DNA of 64,000 bases from Octopus sinensis (GCF_006345805.1 NC_043009.1:58280001-58344000); one strand, 5' to 3'. Positions 1-14,560 are shown, counted from the stretch's first letter. The notes: generated by a model not told the origin, from the sequence alone. Numbers and translations are program-made.

Positions 1-68
1 AGCACACAAGAGAGACAAATTGGTAGACAGACATACTCAAACATATATTTAGGTACCCAGCCTCCTCC

Positions 69-207
69 GTGTTAAGAAGATTACTTCCCAACATCAAGGG
101 TCGGGGTTCAGTCTTACTGCGAGGCACTTTGGGCTAGCATCTTCTACTATAGCCTCTGGCCGACGACATCTATCTGAGTGGATCTGGAAGACGGAAACTA
201 AAAGAAG
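69..207 (+). mobile_element. SINE family A, degenerate 5' part
   Basis: Colinear with the 5' half of the full copy at 42951-43337 (cttctactatagcctc..gccga..gagtggat..gacggaaact.aaagaag). Confidence 0.8.
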
Positions 208-810
208 ACAAGATGGAGGCAGTGTCGGATATGAATATCCCAATGAATTATGTAACACTGACTCCATCTAGTCTTCTGTAACAATGTATTTTTCTAATAC
301 CTTCTTTTTAGTGTATTTTTCTTTGCCACTGAAGAGAATAGTAACATGTAACTAATTTAATCATAATTATAATTCATTAAATTTTTTCCATGTTTCTTAC
401 ATGTTGTTGCTGTCATTCGAAACGGTCGTATGTATAGATTAAATTTTATGAAACATTTAACATCTTCTCTTCTCCATCCATAATTGTTTGTTGAGTTTGT
501 ATAGTATACGTGTTCTGTAAATGCACATAACACACCTTATACTTGTAACGTTTTCAGATTCGAAAAATAAAATAGTAAGCTACCAATTTAATATAAAGAA
601 TCTTTATTAGAAATCTAACTTTGGAACCGCGTAAATTAAAGGATGAAATAGAACTCAACCTTTCTCACACAAACACACATATATGTGTATATACATACAT
701 GTATGTACGTATGGTGACTTTGATGTGTCGATGTGTGCGCGTGTGTGAGTGCATCTGTAAGTATGTGGGGGGGTGAATAATGTTGTGGATGCTGGGAAGT
801 GCATCCCTAT

Positions 811-890
811 CTTCGACTAAGACCCTTCCAGGCAGTGCCCCAGCATGACCACACTCTGCTGACTGAAACCAGGAAAAGATAACGATAAAA
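811..890 (+). mobile_element. SINE family A, 3' fragment
   Basis: cgactaa..gtgccccagcatgaccaca..tgactgaaac resembles the family A 3' end (gtgctccagcatggccacagtcaaatgactgaaac). Confidence 0.5.
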
Positions 891-1394
891 GTGATTTATA
901 TTTTCATTTTATCCTTGACATCGATTTCTTTCATATCTCACAGTTTTTATACCACAAAACACTACATAAACATTTAAATTAAGATATTTGCTTTCAATTT
1001 ATCTTTATATATAACTATTTATCACATACCTTCTCCTTGATTAACTTCAATTATTAATATTTCTGTTTTATCTTATCTAACCTTCTTTGGTCCAATTTAC
1101 TATTTCTATTTGCGTAGCTCATGACTATTCTCAATACATAAAGATTTTGCTTTTACTTCTCAGCGCTAACAAGATTTAGTCTCCATTATTTTATTTATAC
1201 ACCATCTTAACTATTTCTAATGAATAGGTAATGATACCTAATTCGACTGATCTTTGCATTTATCCTATCTCACGCGAGATCATTATTTACAGATCAGCTA
1301 TCTGATATTCTCATATCTCTTCGAATGTTACTTCGCTTGAAACATTTTTGCATTTCGGAATTTATATTTCTAGATATATATTTAAAAGAAATCT

Positions 1395-1465
1395 AAATAC
1401 ATACATACATACATACATACATACAAATATACATACATACATACATACCTACATACATATACATA

Positions 1466-1514
<49 letters not shown>

Positions 1515-1536
1515 TATATATATACATATATATACA

Positions 1537-1568
<32 letters not shown>

Positions 1569-1647
1569 TCATGTATACGTGTATGTGCTCATATATACAT
1601 ACACACAAACACACACACACACACATATACATATATATATATATATT
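1395..1647. repeat. Compound microsatellite (TACA)n/(TA)n/(CA)n
   Basis: Read directly; explains the ORFs at 1348-1668. Confidence 0.95.
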
Positions 1648-1772
1648 GTAAATGTTGGGTGCGATTAATACTGACAGTTCAGCAATATTTGTTCGTCTAG
1701 AAACATTGGCTGAACATTGTTGTGAATTATGTTTCTGCGCTTGTATCTACAGGCATAAGTATCTATATGATA

Positions 1773-2049
1773 GAACGCATGTCCCAGTGGTTCGAGCGCT
1801 GGACTCGCGATCACGAGATCGTGGTTTCGGTTCTTAGAATAGGTAGTGCGTTGTGTTCCAGAGCAAAACACTACATTTCACGTTGCTTCTGCGATCATTT
1901 CACCTTACGCGTGTCACGCAGTGTACACGCCAGACAATTTGATGGAAACAGTGTGCTACAATGCGGTACGAACATTTGATCACTATTACTAAATCACTTG
2001 TGAAGGTCGTTCGGCAAATGCTGATTGCTCCAAACGACGGCTTCGATGG
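1773..2049 (+). mobile_element. tRNA-derived SINE (family D-like head)
   Basis: A-box-like gtcccagtggttcgagc and B-box-like gtggtttcggttc, then ttgtgttccagagcaaaacact..tttcacgttgct, which is shared with 47755-48076. Confidence 0.6.
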
Positions 2050-2073
2050 TAGATTCCATCATATATATATATA

Positions 2074-2340
2074 TCTCTTATTATAAAAGGCAGATTTTAT
2101 CTGCCTCCCTTTGGGAGTTATACAAATCTACAATATAGGATTTCTTCAATTACAATTTACCTAGCATTTTTAAGAGTACAATGCATCGCGTCATGCAGGT
2201 CCCAGTTTTTAAAATTAAACTCCAATTAAGCAAAATTTACAGAAAACTCACATTCTGGTGTGTGTGTCAAATGCTTTTCTTAGTCTGGTTTACAACCACA
2301 CAAACGCACACACCACTGGGCAACGAATAAAGTGAAACTA
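2074..2340 (+). mobile_element. Possible non-autonomous Helitron-like element
   Basis: Starts A|TCTCTTATTATAAAAGGCAG next to (TA)n, similar to the 5' end of 50120-50503. Subterminal hairpin GGCAGAT-ttt-ATCTGCC. The 3' CTAG (2337-2340) is followed by A rather than T, so the 3' end is uncertain. Confidence 0.45.
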
Positions 2341-2870
2341 GATGTAATATTTGTTTCTCTCTATCACGCTGATAGATACATGAGTAAAATGTATGGAAGC
2401 TAACACATAAGTGTGAGTGAAAATGTTCTTGGAGAGAGTAATAGCCAGAGATAGTGATTTGAGGAAGACTTTACATTAAATGGCTTGTGTTAGTAATAAA
2501 GTAAACATACACTCATACATACATACATACATACATACACCACACACACACACATACATACATACAACACACACATACATACATACACACATACTACATA
2601 CATACATATACATACATACATATACATACATACATACACACACACATACACACACAGTATTGAAGCTTGAGAACAATCAGATACATTTGCAACACATCTG
2701 TTGAAAATATTATTGTTCACACACCTACATATACATATATACATACAGACAGACAGACAGATGACACACACACACACATGATCCAGCATGGCCACACCTC
2801 AAGGCTGAAACATATAAAAGAATAACAGAATATAAATGTGTGCATGTGTGTGAGAGAGAGAGTGTGTGTG

Positions 2871-2902
<32 letters not shown>

Positions 2903-3097
2903 TGTATATAATATAATAATGCGGTTTTTCAACAGCTTGAACTAAAAGTCAGAGGGGAATGGGATAAACTACTTATATTAACTTGCTATAAAAGCATGTA
3001 GTAATTTGAATTTTATCTTGTCCTTATTCATAGTGCAAGTTTTGAAGAGTGCATTTCGATTTTAACAGCTTTTTTTTCAAAGCTATATTGGAACAGC

Positions 3098-3352
3098 CTA
3101 GAAGACGAGCCTCATCCTGAAAGATCTGTAGAACTCGACAAGGACATCCTGAAACCCTGGTGGAACAAAATCTCATCGTAACTGTTGAGGAACTAGCAGA
3201 GAAGCTTGGATTTGGTCATTCACCATTCATTGAGACCTGTGTGCTATCGGAAAAGTCAGCAAATTGGGTCAATGGGTTCCTCACGAACTTTCCGAGTCTA
3301 ATTGCATGCAGAGAGTGAATGTATGCTTTTCTTTGCTGTCACATCTCACCAC
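3098..3352 (+). pseudogene. Mariner (Mos1/SETMAR-like) transposase remnant
   Basis: With two frameshifts reads LEDEPHPERSVELDKDIL / TLVEQNLIVTVEELAEKLGFGHS / LCAIGKVSKLGQWVPHELSESNCMQRVNVC. The mariner linker motif WVPHEL is at 3273-3290. Confidence 0.9.
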
Positions 3353-3368
3353 TACTGCGCTATGTATA

Positions 3369-3991
3369 TCTATATATATAAAACTGTAGTTGTGAGAGTG
3401 TCTGTCCCTTCGATTTAGATTCCTAACTACTCCCACATTTTGCGGTGCAGTTTAACCAATTTGGGTAGCTTATACGTGATTCATATCGAGCCCGTCTGAT
3501 TTAGCGCGCGTTACGATGAGTCTACGATTTTAAAAATTTAACATCATTTTTTATTCCATTTTAATGCATAATTTTTCGTGTGTCGATGGCGGCGGAGTTG
3601 GCGTCCACGCTCACACCTGCACCTGTGGGGAGGGAGTGTAAGGAAATCAACGTCGTAATGCGTTGTCAAGGAGACCAGCGTTCTTTAGAACAACGACTTC
3701 ATGGCTTGAAGACACCAAAACAGAATGGCTAAGAAAGCGTCTACATGAGTCTACGATTTTAAAAAAAAATTTACCATCGTTTTTTTTCCATTTTAATGCA
3801 TTTTTTCGCTATTATATAAGGGAAGTACTCTCTAAAAAGTCTACGATGAGTCAACGACTTTTCAAAAAATTACCATCATATTTTTTTCCATTTTAATGCA
3901 TTTTTTGCTATTTTTTGGCTATACTCCTAAAAAAAATGCTTATATAGTTATTTCCCTTACAAACCCGAGCAACGCCGGGCGATACTGCTAG
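3369..3991 (+). mobile_element. Non-autonomous Helitron-like element
   Basis: A|TC start (TCTATATATATAAAACTG), 3' hairpin cccg-a-gc-aac-gc-cggg (3964-3979), CTAG|T end and no TSD. Three internal ~65-bp repeats (atgagtc.acga..ttaatgcat) near 3515, 3745 and 3845. Confidence 0.85.
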
Positions 3992-4232
3992 TATATATAT
4001 ACATACGTCAAAACACACCCCGTCCAATGGACAGTGCTGAGTTGTCAAACATTTAAACCAAATTTTCGCAAAACAACTTGTCCGACCGACCCATAGACCT
4101 CCCCTTTGAGAAAAACTGATTTAACCTAAATTTGAGATACCAGCAAAAGAAGAAATAAAGATAGGCTTTTTTTTCTATTCCAAAGAAAAACGATTTTATT
4201 CACACAAATGTGTAACCGAAGAGTTAAAAGTA

Positions 4233-4464
4233 CCAGTAAGTACATCGCAACAGCTGAAATACTTGCGCGTTACAAATGCACATTTCCATGGCTTTATCGA
4301 TCGCATTCTCATCTCGAATCGATTGTTGTAATTTTTCAAGACCTATACACGCCCTGATACCGTCGGTATCTACATATCAAATTTGAGCGCAGTCGGATGG
4401 GGGATGCCCGAGATCCTAGAAGACACACACACACACAGAACGGATTTTATATTATATATATAGA
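4233..4464 (-). mobile_element. Short Helitron-like element
   Basis: Minus strand starts A|TCTATATATATAATATAAAATCCG, carries an internal (GT)n, and ends with a cgcaa..ttgcg hairpin and CTGG|T. Confidence 0.55.
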
Positions 4465-5063
4465 TGGATATTGAAATATGAACTAGACGCAGCAAGAGTG
4501 TTGGAAGCATTTTCGAACACATGTACACAATGTATGTGCTTTGCTTGTTCGTCAGTCGGCTGTGGCTCGACGCTGTGGAGATGACTCTCTCAATGTGCCG
4601 CGTTTTAAAACACCTGACTGTTGTAGTTAGAGGCGGTTGAGACAATTTACCTTTGAATAGGGTCTTGGGGTGAGTTGCCTCGTCTATCTATGACAATGAA
4701 TTTCAGATATTTTCAAACTAGTATCTCATCATAGCCGACTGACAAAAAAGTAAAGCACATATGTTACACACACATAAATGGAAAGAGGAAAATAATGGGA
4801 TACATATTTGTGTGTGTGTGTGTCCTGTTGTGTAAATATGTACGCGTGTGTGTTTTTGAGTTTGTGTTTGTGTATATGTGTGTTTATAAATGCATGTATT
4901 TTGTATATACTTGTATCTACATGTTCCAATGCATTAAGTTGGTTTTCATAAATTTTATACCGATGTTTAAAAGTTTCTATAACAACATGCGTGTTTTTGT
5001 GTCTACGTTTATGTGCGTACGTGTGTGGCTGTTTGTACTTATGATAATGTATATATATATTAT

Positions 5064-5107
<44 letters not shown>

Positions 5108-5165
5108 TATATATTATACCACATTAATGTATCATATACATATATATGCTTACATATATATATGT

Positions 5166-5216
<51 letters not shown>

Positions 5217-5895
5217 TATATATATATTATATATATATAAATGTGAATAGAAAGATTAATAATCTGTAGTAGATTAATCAAAAGTTTAACCGATACCTTA
5301 GTAGCAAAAACACAGCAGTAAACAGCACGGTTGGAGGTACAACATATGGTGTTGCAACCGTGCGTTGGTGCGGATATTGAAATTAAAATATATTGGTGAA
5401 TTGAAGAAATGGAGCTGAACGCAGATTGAACAGAAATCGTTTATTTCATTCTACACGTTTTCGAAAGGCACAATATCAAAAATATATGAAGGATTCTACG
5501 TAATCAATTTTATTTAAAGCAATACGCAGACAGCAATAGTCGATTAAAGCAATTAGTTTTGAAGTTGATTGATGGACATCTACTACTAATTATTGTTCAT
5601 CCAAATCATGGTTAATCTCAGGAATTTCAAAAATTTCGTGTCATTAAAGTTAAGTCCAAATTCATGTAGCTCGTTCATATATCATTCATCAGAATTCAGC
5701 ATCTGGCCCAGTAATCGCCTATACAAGCATCGTCGAAATATTAAACATTTTACTAAGTTGATTTCTAATATCGTTGTTAAATACTCAAGTGAAGGGAATG
5801 TGACCGAGCGGTTGTCTATACTGATACCATAATTCAAAAGAGAGCTGGTTCAGTCCAAATGGTAGATGACATACGAATGTATAAGAAGAGATGCT

Positions 5896-6024
<129 letters not shown>

Positions 6025-6090
6025 GGTCCCCGGGTTGATTCGGGGTTAACCACAGTAAATAAGGTACTCAATACATAGCAGAGTAAAATT

Positions 6091-6193
6091 AATTTATTAT
6101 ATAGAAGGAGCTTCTAACAGGACTAGAACTGTTTCATCCAAGAAAGATTTCCTTGAATGAAACAGTTCTAGTCCTGTAGAAGCTCCTTCTATA

Positions 6194-6202
<9 letters not shown>
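6091..6202. repeat. Near-perfect 112-bp foldback palindrome
   Basis: aatttattatatagaaggagcttct(a)acaggactagaactgtttcat / atgaaacagttctagtcctgtagaagctccttctatataataaatt. Confidence 0.9.
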
Positions 6203-6238
<36 letters not shown>

Positions 6239-6621
6239 TAGCAATGGGAAATTTTGCAGGATGGTTCGAATGGTAAGCGTTTAGGATGTTCAAATTTAAG
6301 ACAGACTTAAGATTATTGTTTTAGCAGCAGCTAAAATTACCTCACAGTTTTTTTTTTTCTCACCTGATAGATGTAGCGACCTTCTTGACAATGTACCAAA
6401 TATTATTAACTGGAAGGCACTTAACTAAGTACCGAATAAAACAGTTCAGAGATTCTGAGGGATAACTCGAGATATATGTCAACGATGAAACTTAAAAGTG
6501 AGGTTAAAAGGGGTCAGTCTCTGCTCATTGGCCAAAAAGGTGCTCGTCTTTGAAGTGTTGCTATCTGAGACCGTCAACACCATCGCAAGCTTTTAGAAGA
6601 AAAAGAAATTGCTTCTTATAT

Positions 6622-6834
6622 GTTGGTTTCAAATATTGGTACAAACCCAGAAATTTCGCAGAGGAGCTAAGTCGATTACATCGACCCTAGTGTTCAACTA
6701 GTACTTACTTTGTTGACCCTGGAATGATAAACGCCCAATTTGCCCTCGACGGAATTTTAACTCAGAACGTAAAGACAGACGAAATGCTGGTAAGTATTTT
6801 GTCCGGCATGCTAACAATTCTGCCGTCTCACCGC
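6622..6834 (-). mobile_element. SINE family B (CORE-like), degenerate
   Basis: Reverse complement aligns with 36586-36815 (aagtcgattacatcgacc, ctcagaacgtaaagacagacgaaat). Confidence 0.8.
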
Positions 6835-9547
6835 GTAAATTGCTCTTCATGAGAAGGATATTGGCTGACGTCGAAACGTAAGTTGACCATTCCAAATTTG
6901 CTGCATGAAGTTGCTTCCATTGTAAGTCTGCTTGAAATTCTATACCCGAAAAACAATACTGTTTAATATTAATAATCTTAGAACAACCTTTAGGCCGTAT
7001 CCATCCAGTTTCGAATTTAACTTTTGTTTAACTAGTATGTTGTACGAAGTCCTTGTTAGTAGTTAACTTTCACTTTCGTAACGAATGAACCTAAATCAAT
7101 GAACATAAATGACTTTAATTATTTGTTGGGAGAGGAAATTATTAATTGCTCTTAAGCATCGTGGGTGGCTTTAGTATAAACAGTGGGCAGTAACACTTGC
7201 CAGACGTATGTGGAATTGGTGGACAAAGCATTCATGATGAACTATAAATTGTCTTAAATTATGGCTATCTCTGTGGAAATTGGTAGTCTCTGCGGATATC
7301 CCGAAATGAATGGAAACCAGATCGAACCATTCGTATTTCTGTCCACAGAGAAATAGAAAAAGATATTAGTTGATGTTTGTATAAGTGTATTTAACTACGT
7401 GCCGCAATGATAGTTAAAAGCGTTACACTACGTATATGGGTGTAACGTAATGCGCATTTCAAAGTATCGAATATGTGCTGTTTGGGGTATTAATAATTAT
7501 ATAATTCCCAAGAACAATTATGACAACCGCATAAACAAGAACAATAATACAGTTAACAATTAAAAAAAAATCATATGGAATATAACAATAAGAATATCAA
7601 AAACAACAATAATAGTTAATAAGGAAAATGATTATTAATATCAACAGTAATAATCAATAACAAAAATAATAATTAAGAACACCGCCAACATCAACAATAA
7701 CGTCAACAACCTGAATAGCAACGACAACATGGCCTACATGAAAAATTACTACAATAATTATAACAACAAAAATCGAAAATTACATGGCCAATATGAAAAA
7801 ATATATATATACATTTACAAAGAAAACAATAATAATAGCAACAAGAACAAGAACAACAATACAAACATTAAGATCAACAGCTGCACATGTGACTCTGGAA
7901 GTGATATAGAAAATAATCTTCAAAACCGTATGCATGATCACATTATCAATTTCATAATATGCCATAACTAGTTGTTTTATTTTGTCTAATTATATTCACA
8001 GTATTAATTTCATATTATCACATCATTTCTATGTCTTTCATCTGTTTCTATTAAATATCCACCCTTATTCCATCCGTTTAACAAATTCGAGTTATTATCG
8101 CTCAGTGTTTGTTTCTCTGTGTGTGTTTGTGCATATATGTGAATATGTACGTACATCTCTCTGTTACGTATGATTGTGTGTTTGTGTTCTTTGATACGTG
8201 TTCTTTAATTCTCTTCGGCTAAGTGTATGTATGAGCGTTTGCCAGAATATATTTATCAATGTGGACACATGTGTTTTCTTCCAAATATTTGCTTGTATGT
8301 ATATATGTATGTATGTGTGTATATGTGCGTTTTTCTGCTGAGTGTTTGCATGTGTGAAAGCATATATGTTTTACGGATGCCTGTGTGAGCGGTCTTGAGT
8401 GTATGCTAGAATGTAACTTCTTGATACGGTAATGTATTTATTATGATCATATCTGTCGAAATATTCGCTCGCTCTGTTATAATAATGCTTCATATTAATG
8501 TATGCTATTGTCAGAAACATCGTATTAAGATCAGGTATGATAAGATATATTTCAGTAATTGTCATTCATACTGTTTATAAATCATACATCATATGATTAA
8601 TGATGAGGAGTCAAATGCAGAGACGTAAATTTCACTACCCACGACGGTGCTAAACTAATTTCTAAATGCCTTGTGGATTAGCTACATATTCCATGCTACA
8701 TATTCCATGTTGAGTGAAGTAAACGTAGTATGTCATCTTCGATACCCCTGCTGCAATTCGAAGAAGAGAAACTATTGAATAGATGTGTCTACATAATAAA
8801 GATACTCGTAGTTTCAGAGAAATGATTTATAATTTTATAATTGGCCACTCTTCTCTCTATACAGTTAACATAGGCTCAGAACCTAACAATCTGGTTTTCA
8901 TTGCCTATATGTCTAATAAGTACTAAATATATTCGGTCAAATTCTCTTATTGAAATATAAACAAAATCTGCCCTGAAGTATATATTTTCTCAACAGTATG
9001 AAAATGTTGCTGAGACAGCAATACTTAGATGAGAAGGAATAGAGGGCGTACAACAAATATATACGTACTTCGGCTCATAAAATTGAGTTGTGTCGGTATT
9101 AAAGTTCTTTACGTTTTTTTTAAGAAGAATGATTTCAGATTTACATGAATTGTACTTGAGTTTCGAGAGCGAATGGAGCCACGATTCCATTTAAAGACAG
9201 CGAACAAGGTCAATTTCATTAATTTTCTCAAGAATCTACCATTTCATATGAGCCGAATTTCACAGCTTAAAAAAATATACAAGGATAGGATGGTATATAT
9301 GTACTTTTCATAAGCTATCCCATATTTCTACTCCCCTGTACACAATCTGACCCACACACATACATATACACACACAGGTTTTTATATGTATATGACTATT
9401 GTCTGTGCATTGCACTTACTCAGCATTACCTGACACATTTGGGTCTAATTAACACCATTACCCCTCATAAACTCTATATATACATAAACTTATATATACA
9501 CACATACATATATACATACATACATACATACATGCATACATACATAC

Positions 9548-9581
<34 letters not shown>

Positions 9582-9600
9582 CTACTATATATATATATAT

Positions 9601-9657
9601 ATGAATATAAATATAAGCTCTTATATATGCACATATGTGAATCTATATACATATATA

Positions 9658-9692
<35 letters not shown>

Positions 9693-9714
9693 TTCTATTT
9701 ATATATATGTACAA

Positions 9715-9768
<54 letters not shown>

Positions 9769-10348
9769 TTCATTATATTATGATTCTCTTCATAAATGTG
9801 TGTGTACATGTGTACATGTGTATACATGGCGTGTGTTTGTGCGTTACTGTGCGCATGCGTGTTAATGTATTTAACGGAGGAAACAGGAAGCAAGCAATTC
9901 ATAACAATATTATGTCTTGAACATTGCAAACATAACACAGCAATTACAAAAAATAATATCATCAACATCATGATCATCATGATCATGATCATCATCAACA
10001 TCATCATCCTCATCATCATCATCCTCGACATCATCATCGCCGTTGTTGTCTTCGCACTCTTCGTCGTCTTCACCATCGTCATCATTATCTGTGGGTTTGT
10101 CCTCATCATCGACATCGTCAATATTAACAGAAATAATTAACAATATTAGACGCAACGGTAACAACAACAGCTGCATTTTAAAAAAATTGGCATTAATTAT
10201 TCGGTGTTCAGATATAGAACCATTTATCCCGACAGATTGTTTGTCTACAAGGTGTCAGTCAACGAGTCATACAAGTTGACGAGATAAATAGGCTTATTAC
10301 TGATATAAAACTGTCTGTCTGTCAGCATGTATGTCTGGCTGTGTACAT

Positions 10349-10408
<60 letters not shown>

Positions 10409-10476
10409 CCTATCTGTCGGTCTGTCTCTCTGCCTGTCTGTCCGTCTCTCTGTCTGTCTGTCATACATATATGTAT

Positions 10477-10516
<40 letters not shown>

Positions 10517-10565
10517 ATATATATATAACGTATATATTAATATATACATAGATATATATATACAT

Positions 10566-10648
<83 letters not shown>

Positions 10649-10661
10649 TAGTATAATTATA

Positions 10662-10700
<39 letters not shown>

Positions 10701-10751
10701 GAATATAAAATAAGCTCTTATATATGCACATATGTGAATCTATATACATAT

Positions 10752-10782
<31 letters not shown>

Positions 10783-10807
10783 TACATTTCTATTTACATA
10801 TATGTAC

Positions 10808-10839
<32 letters not shown>

Positions 10840-11457
10840 TATATATATAATATATATTTCATTATATTATGATTCTCTTCATAAATGTGTGTGTACATGT
10901 GTACATGTGTATACATGGCGTGTGTTTGTGCGTTACTGTGCGCATGCGTGTTAATGTATTTAACGGAGGAAACAGGAAGCAAGCAATTCATAACAATATA
11001 TGTCTTGAACATTGCAAACATAACACAGCAATTACAAAAAATAATATCATCAACATCATGATCATCATGATCATGATCATCATCAACATCATCATCCTCA
11101 TCATCATCATCTCGACATCATCATCGCCGTTGTTGTCTTCGCACTCTTCGTCGTCTTCACCATCGTCATCATTATCTGTGGGTGTCCTCATCATCGACAT
11201 CGTCAATATAACAGAAATAATTAACAAATTAGACGCAACGGTAACAAACAAACAGCTGCATTTAAAAAAAATTGGCATTAATTATTCGGTGTTCAGATAT
11301 AGAACAATTATCCCGACAGATTGTTTGTCTACAAGTGTCAGTCACGAGTCATACAAGTTGACGAGATAAATAGGCTTATTACTGATATAAAACTGTCTGT
11401 CTGTCAGCATGTATGTTGGGCTGTGTACATTCTATCTACTATCTATCTATCTATCTA

Positions 11458-11491
<34 letters not shown>

Positions 11492-11578
11492 CTATCTGTC
11501 GGTCTGTCTCTCTGCTGTCTGTCCGTCTCTCTGTCTGTCTGTCATACATATATGTATATACATGTATATATATATATA

Positions 11579-11610
<32 letters not shown>

Positions 11611-11614
11611 CGTA

Positions 11615-11645
<31 letters not shown>

Positions 11646-11646
11646 A

Positions 11647-11729
<83 letters not shown>

Positions 11730-11790
11730 TAGTATAAATATATTATATATTATATATTTATTATGTATATAGATATGCATGTAAATATAT
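9601..11790. repeat. Tandem duplication, unit ~1.1 kb (9601-10698, 10699-~11790)
   Basis: Both units start atgaatataaa..taagctcttatatatgcac and share the (ATC)-rich block, the (TATC)n tract and the cgtagtataa end. The second copy differs mainly by 1-nt indels. Confidence 0.9.
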
Positions 11791-12079
11791 GATATGATAT
11801 ATATATATATATATATATAAATGATATGATGATATAGATACATGCACGCATGAATACACACAGCTATATACATACCTGTACTAAGTTACACACCCTGCTA
11901 ATATGGTTTATGCGCATACAGGTGTGCATGCATTCATAATTCCATATATGGGTGTATAGAAATATTCATATACATATACATAAATATGCACCAATATACA
12001 TGCATATATACACGTATATATAATTGAATACTTGTATATGCATCTATAGATGTACATACGTGCAGGCATACACAATTAT

Positions 12080-12133
<54 letters not shown>

Positions 12134-12696
12134 ATGATGAAGAACGAAACTAAAACATAGATGACAAATATTTATTCGTAAATAGAACAAATACAGAATT
12201 TAATTCTAAATCTTCTTTTTTCTTTCCTCTTTAATTATTTAGATAATCTGTTTTCAGGATGTTAAGCTTGAGGAAAAAAAAACTTATATTACAAGAAGTG
12301 AATTCAATATTAGAGTTGTTTACACACCCACAAACACATACACACAAACACATACACACAAACAGACATCACACACACAAGCACATATAAACACAGACAC
12401 AGACACACACACAAGGACATACAAAATATATATGTGTATATATATATGTGTGTGTGTGTATGCATATATATATATATATATATACACATACATATATATA
12501 TATATTCATACATATGTACATATATATAGATATATATATATATAGAATACATAATTGAATATATATCAAGGATATGTTTAAATGAATATAAACATAAGCT
12601 CATAATAATAATAATAATAATAATAATATATATATATATAATATATACGTTTTTTATATATCTGTCACCCTATCTATCTATTATCTATCTATGTAC

Positions 12697-12809
<113 letters not shown>

Positions 12810-13130
12810 ACTATTATATAGTATTTATATATAGATATATGTATTATATACTGTAAATCTTTCTCTGTATATTTGTGTGGTACAGATGGCAGGTGTGTGG
12901 GAACAGACATAGCGTGAGATAAAGAGATATTGAGATGCAGAGAGAGATACTGAAGAACTCATTAGAAGGTAAGAATGTCTAAAAGTCTGCTTCCTTTGCT
13001 GTTTACGTATGCTTTGTTCCTGTCTTACACTTTTTCATTGTTCTCCCTCTTTCGCAAACGGATATCATATATACACACACACATACATACATACATACAT
13101 ACATACATACATGCATACATAAATACATAT

Positions 13131-13172
<42 letters not shown>

Positions 13173-13177
13173 TATTA

Positions 13178-13209
<32 letters not shown>

Positions 13210-13272
13210 CATATATATATATATAACATATATATATATCATATATATAATATATTTACATAATATTATATA

Positions 13273-13319
<47 letters not shown>

Positions 13320-13519
13320 ATTCATGTGTAGATATATGTGCGTGAGTCTATATAAATATGTTTTTGCATATATAAAAATTTATATATATATATATATGCA
13401 ATATATATATTCATATATATATATATATATACATTCAAATATAAATATATATATTATATTAAATATATATATATATTTAATATATATATATATATATAAT
13501 ATATATATATATTATATAT

Positions 13520-13556
<37 letters not shown>

Positions 13557-14227
13557 TAATATATATATAATATATATATATATATTAATAACATCTATAT
13601 ATACTTGCTCCTGTCTTTGTATATATTTCGACTAAAAATTTTGGTCAAATAGCTTTGGCTGAAATTGTTTTTATGTTATCAGATACATTGTCGAAGTAAG
13701 TTAATGGTAAATGATGAAGTTCCACTAAGTAAAAAACGGTAAAGAAATGAAAACGAAGACGCCAATATCTTTTATAACACTTATGTACGCCATATCTATT
13801 TATTTCTGATTATGTTCGTTTCTTTTTTCATAATTCCTTTATATTTATATCGTTGCTGTTGTTGTTGTTGTTGTATTTTTACCTTATTTGGACGTCTATT
13901 TTGCTCTTATCTTTATTTCTTACTTTAATTTCTCCTCTTGTGAATCAAACAGAAAATGTGATTAAGTAAGAAACTGTTGCTTAACAATGAAATTACGTCG
14001 TTATTAGACGAATCTGGTGTGTGCACAGATGTACGAGACTGTTTATACTCAATCATACATACATATACATACACACACACACACACACACATATAAATAT
14101 ATATATATATTACATATATATATATATAATTATATATTATATATATATATTATATATATATATATTATATATATATATATATATATTATATACGTTCAAA
14201 TAACATACATACCACACGAACACAAGC

Positions 14228-14236
14228 TTAGGAAAA

Positions 14237-14273
<37 letters not shown>

Positions 14274-14286
14274 AAAAGGAAATAAC

Positions 14287-14355
<69 letters not shown>

Positions 14356-14528
14356 TAATAAGGAAAAGGAGAATAACTATTATATATATATAAGGAAAAA
14401 GTAAAATAACTATCTATATATAATATATATAATATATAGGAAAAGGAAAATAACTATATATATATTATATAAGGAAAAAGTAAAATAACTTATATATATA
14501 TATATATAAGGAGAAAGGAAAATAACTA

Positions 14529-14560
<32 letters not shown>
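14228..14560. repeat. Minisatellite of aaggaaaa(a)g(g/t)aaaataact + variable (TA)n, about 7 units
   Basis: Units begin near 14229, 14270, 14360, 14392, 14437, 14470 and 14507. Confidence 0.85.

Noticed and set aside
5325-5363. 39-nt hairpin GCACGGTTG..CAACCGTGC
   Set aside because: Too short for a pre-miRNA and no family or context to interpret it.
6260-6272. 13-nt microexon between ttttgcAG and GTAAGC
   Set aside because: Length is not a multiple of 3, the pyrimidine tract is short, and no partner exons were found.
6440-6600. KH/Era-like motif LLIGQKGARL
   Set aside because: Flanked by stops, needs frameshifts, and the similarity is too short to support.
7266-7357. Inverted repeat ctctgtgga/tccacagag
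   Set aside because: Short arms with a large asymmetric interior; expected by chance.
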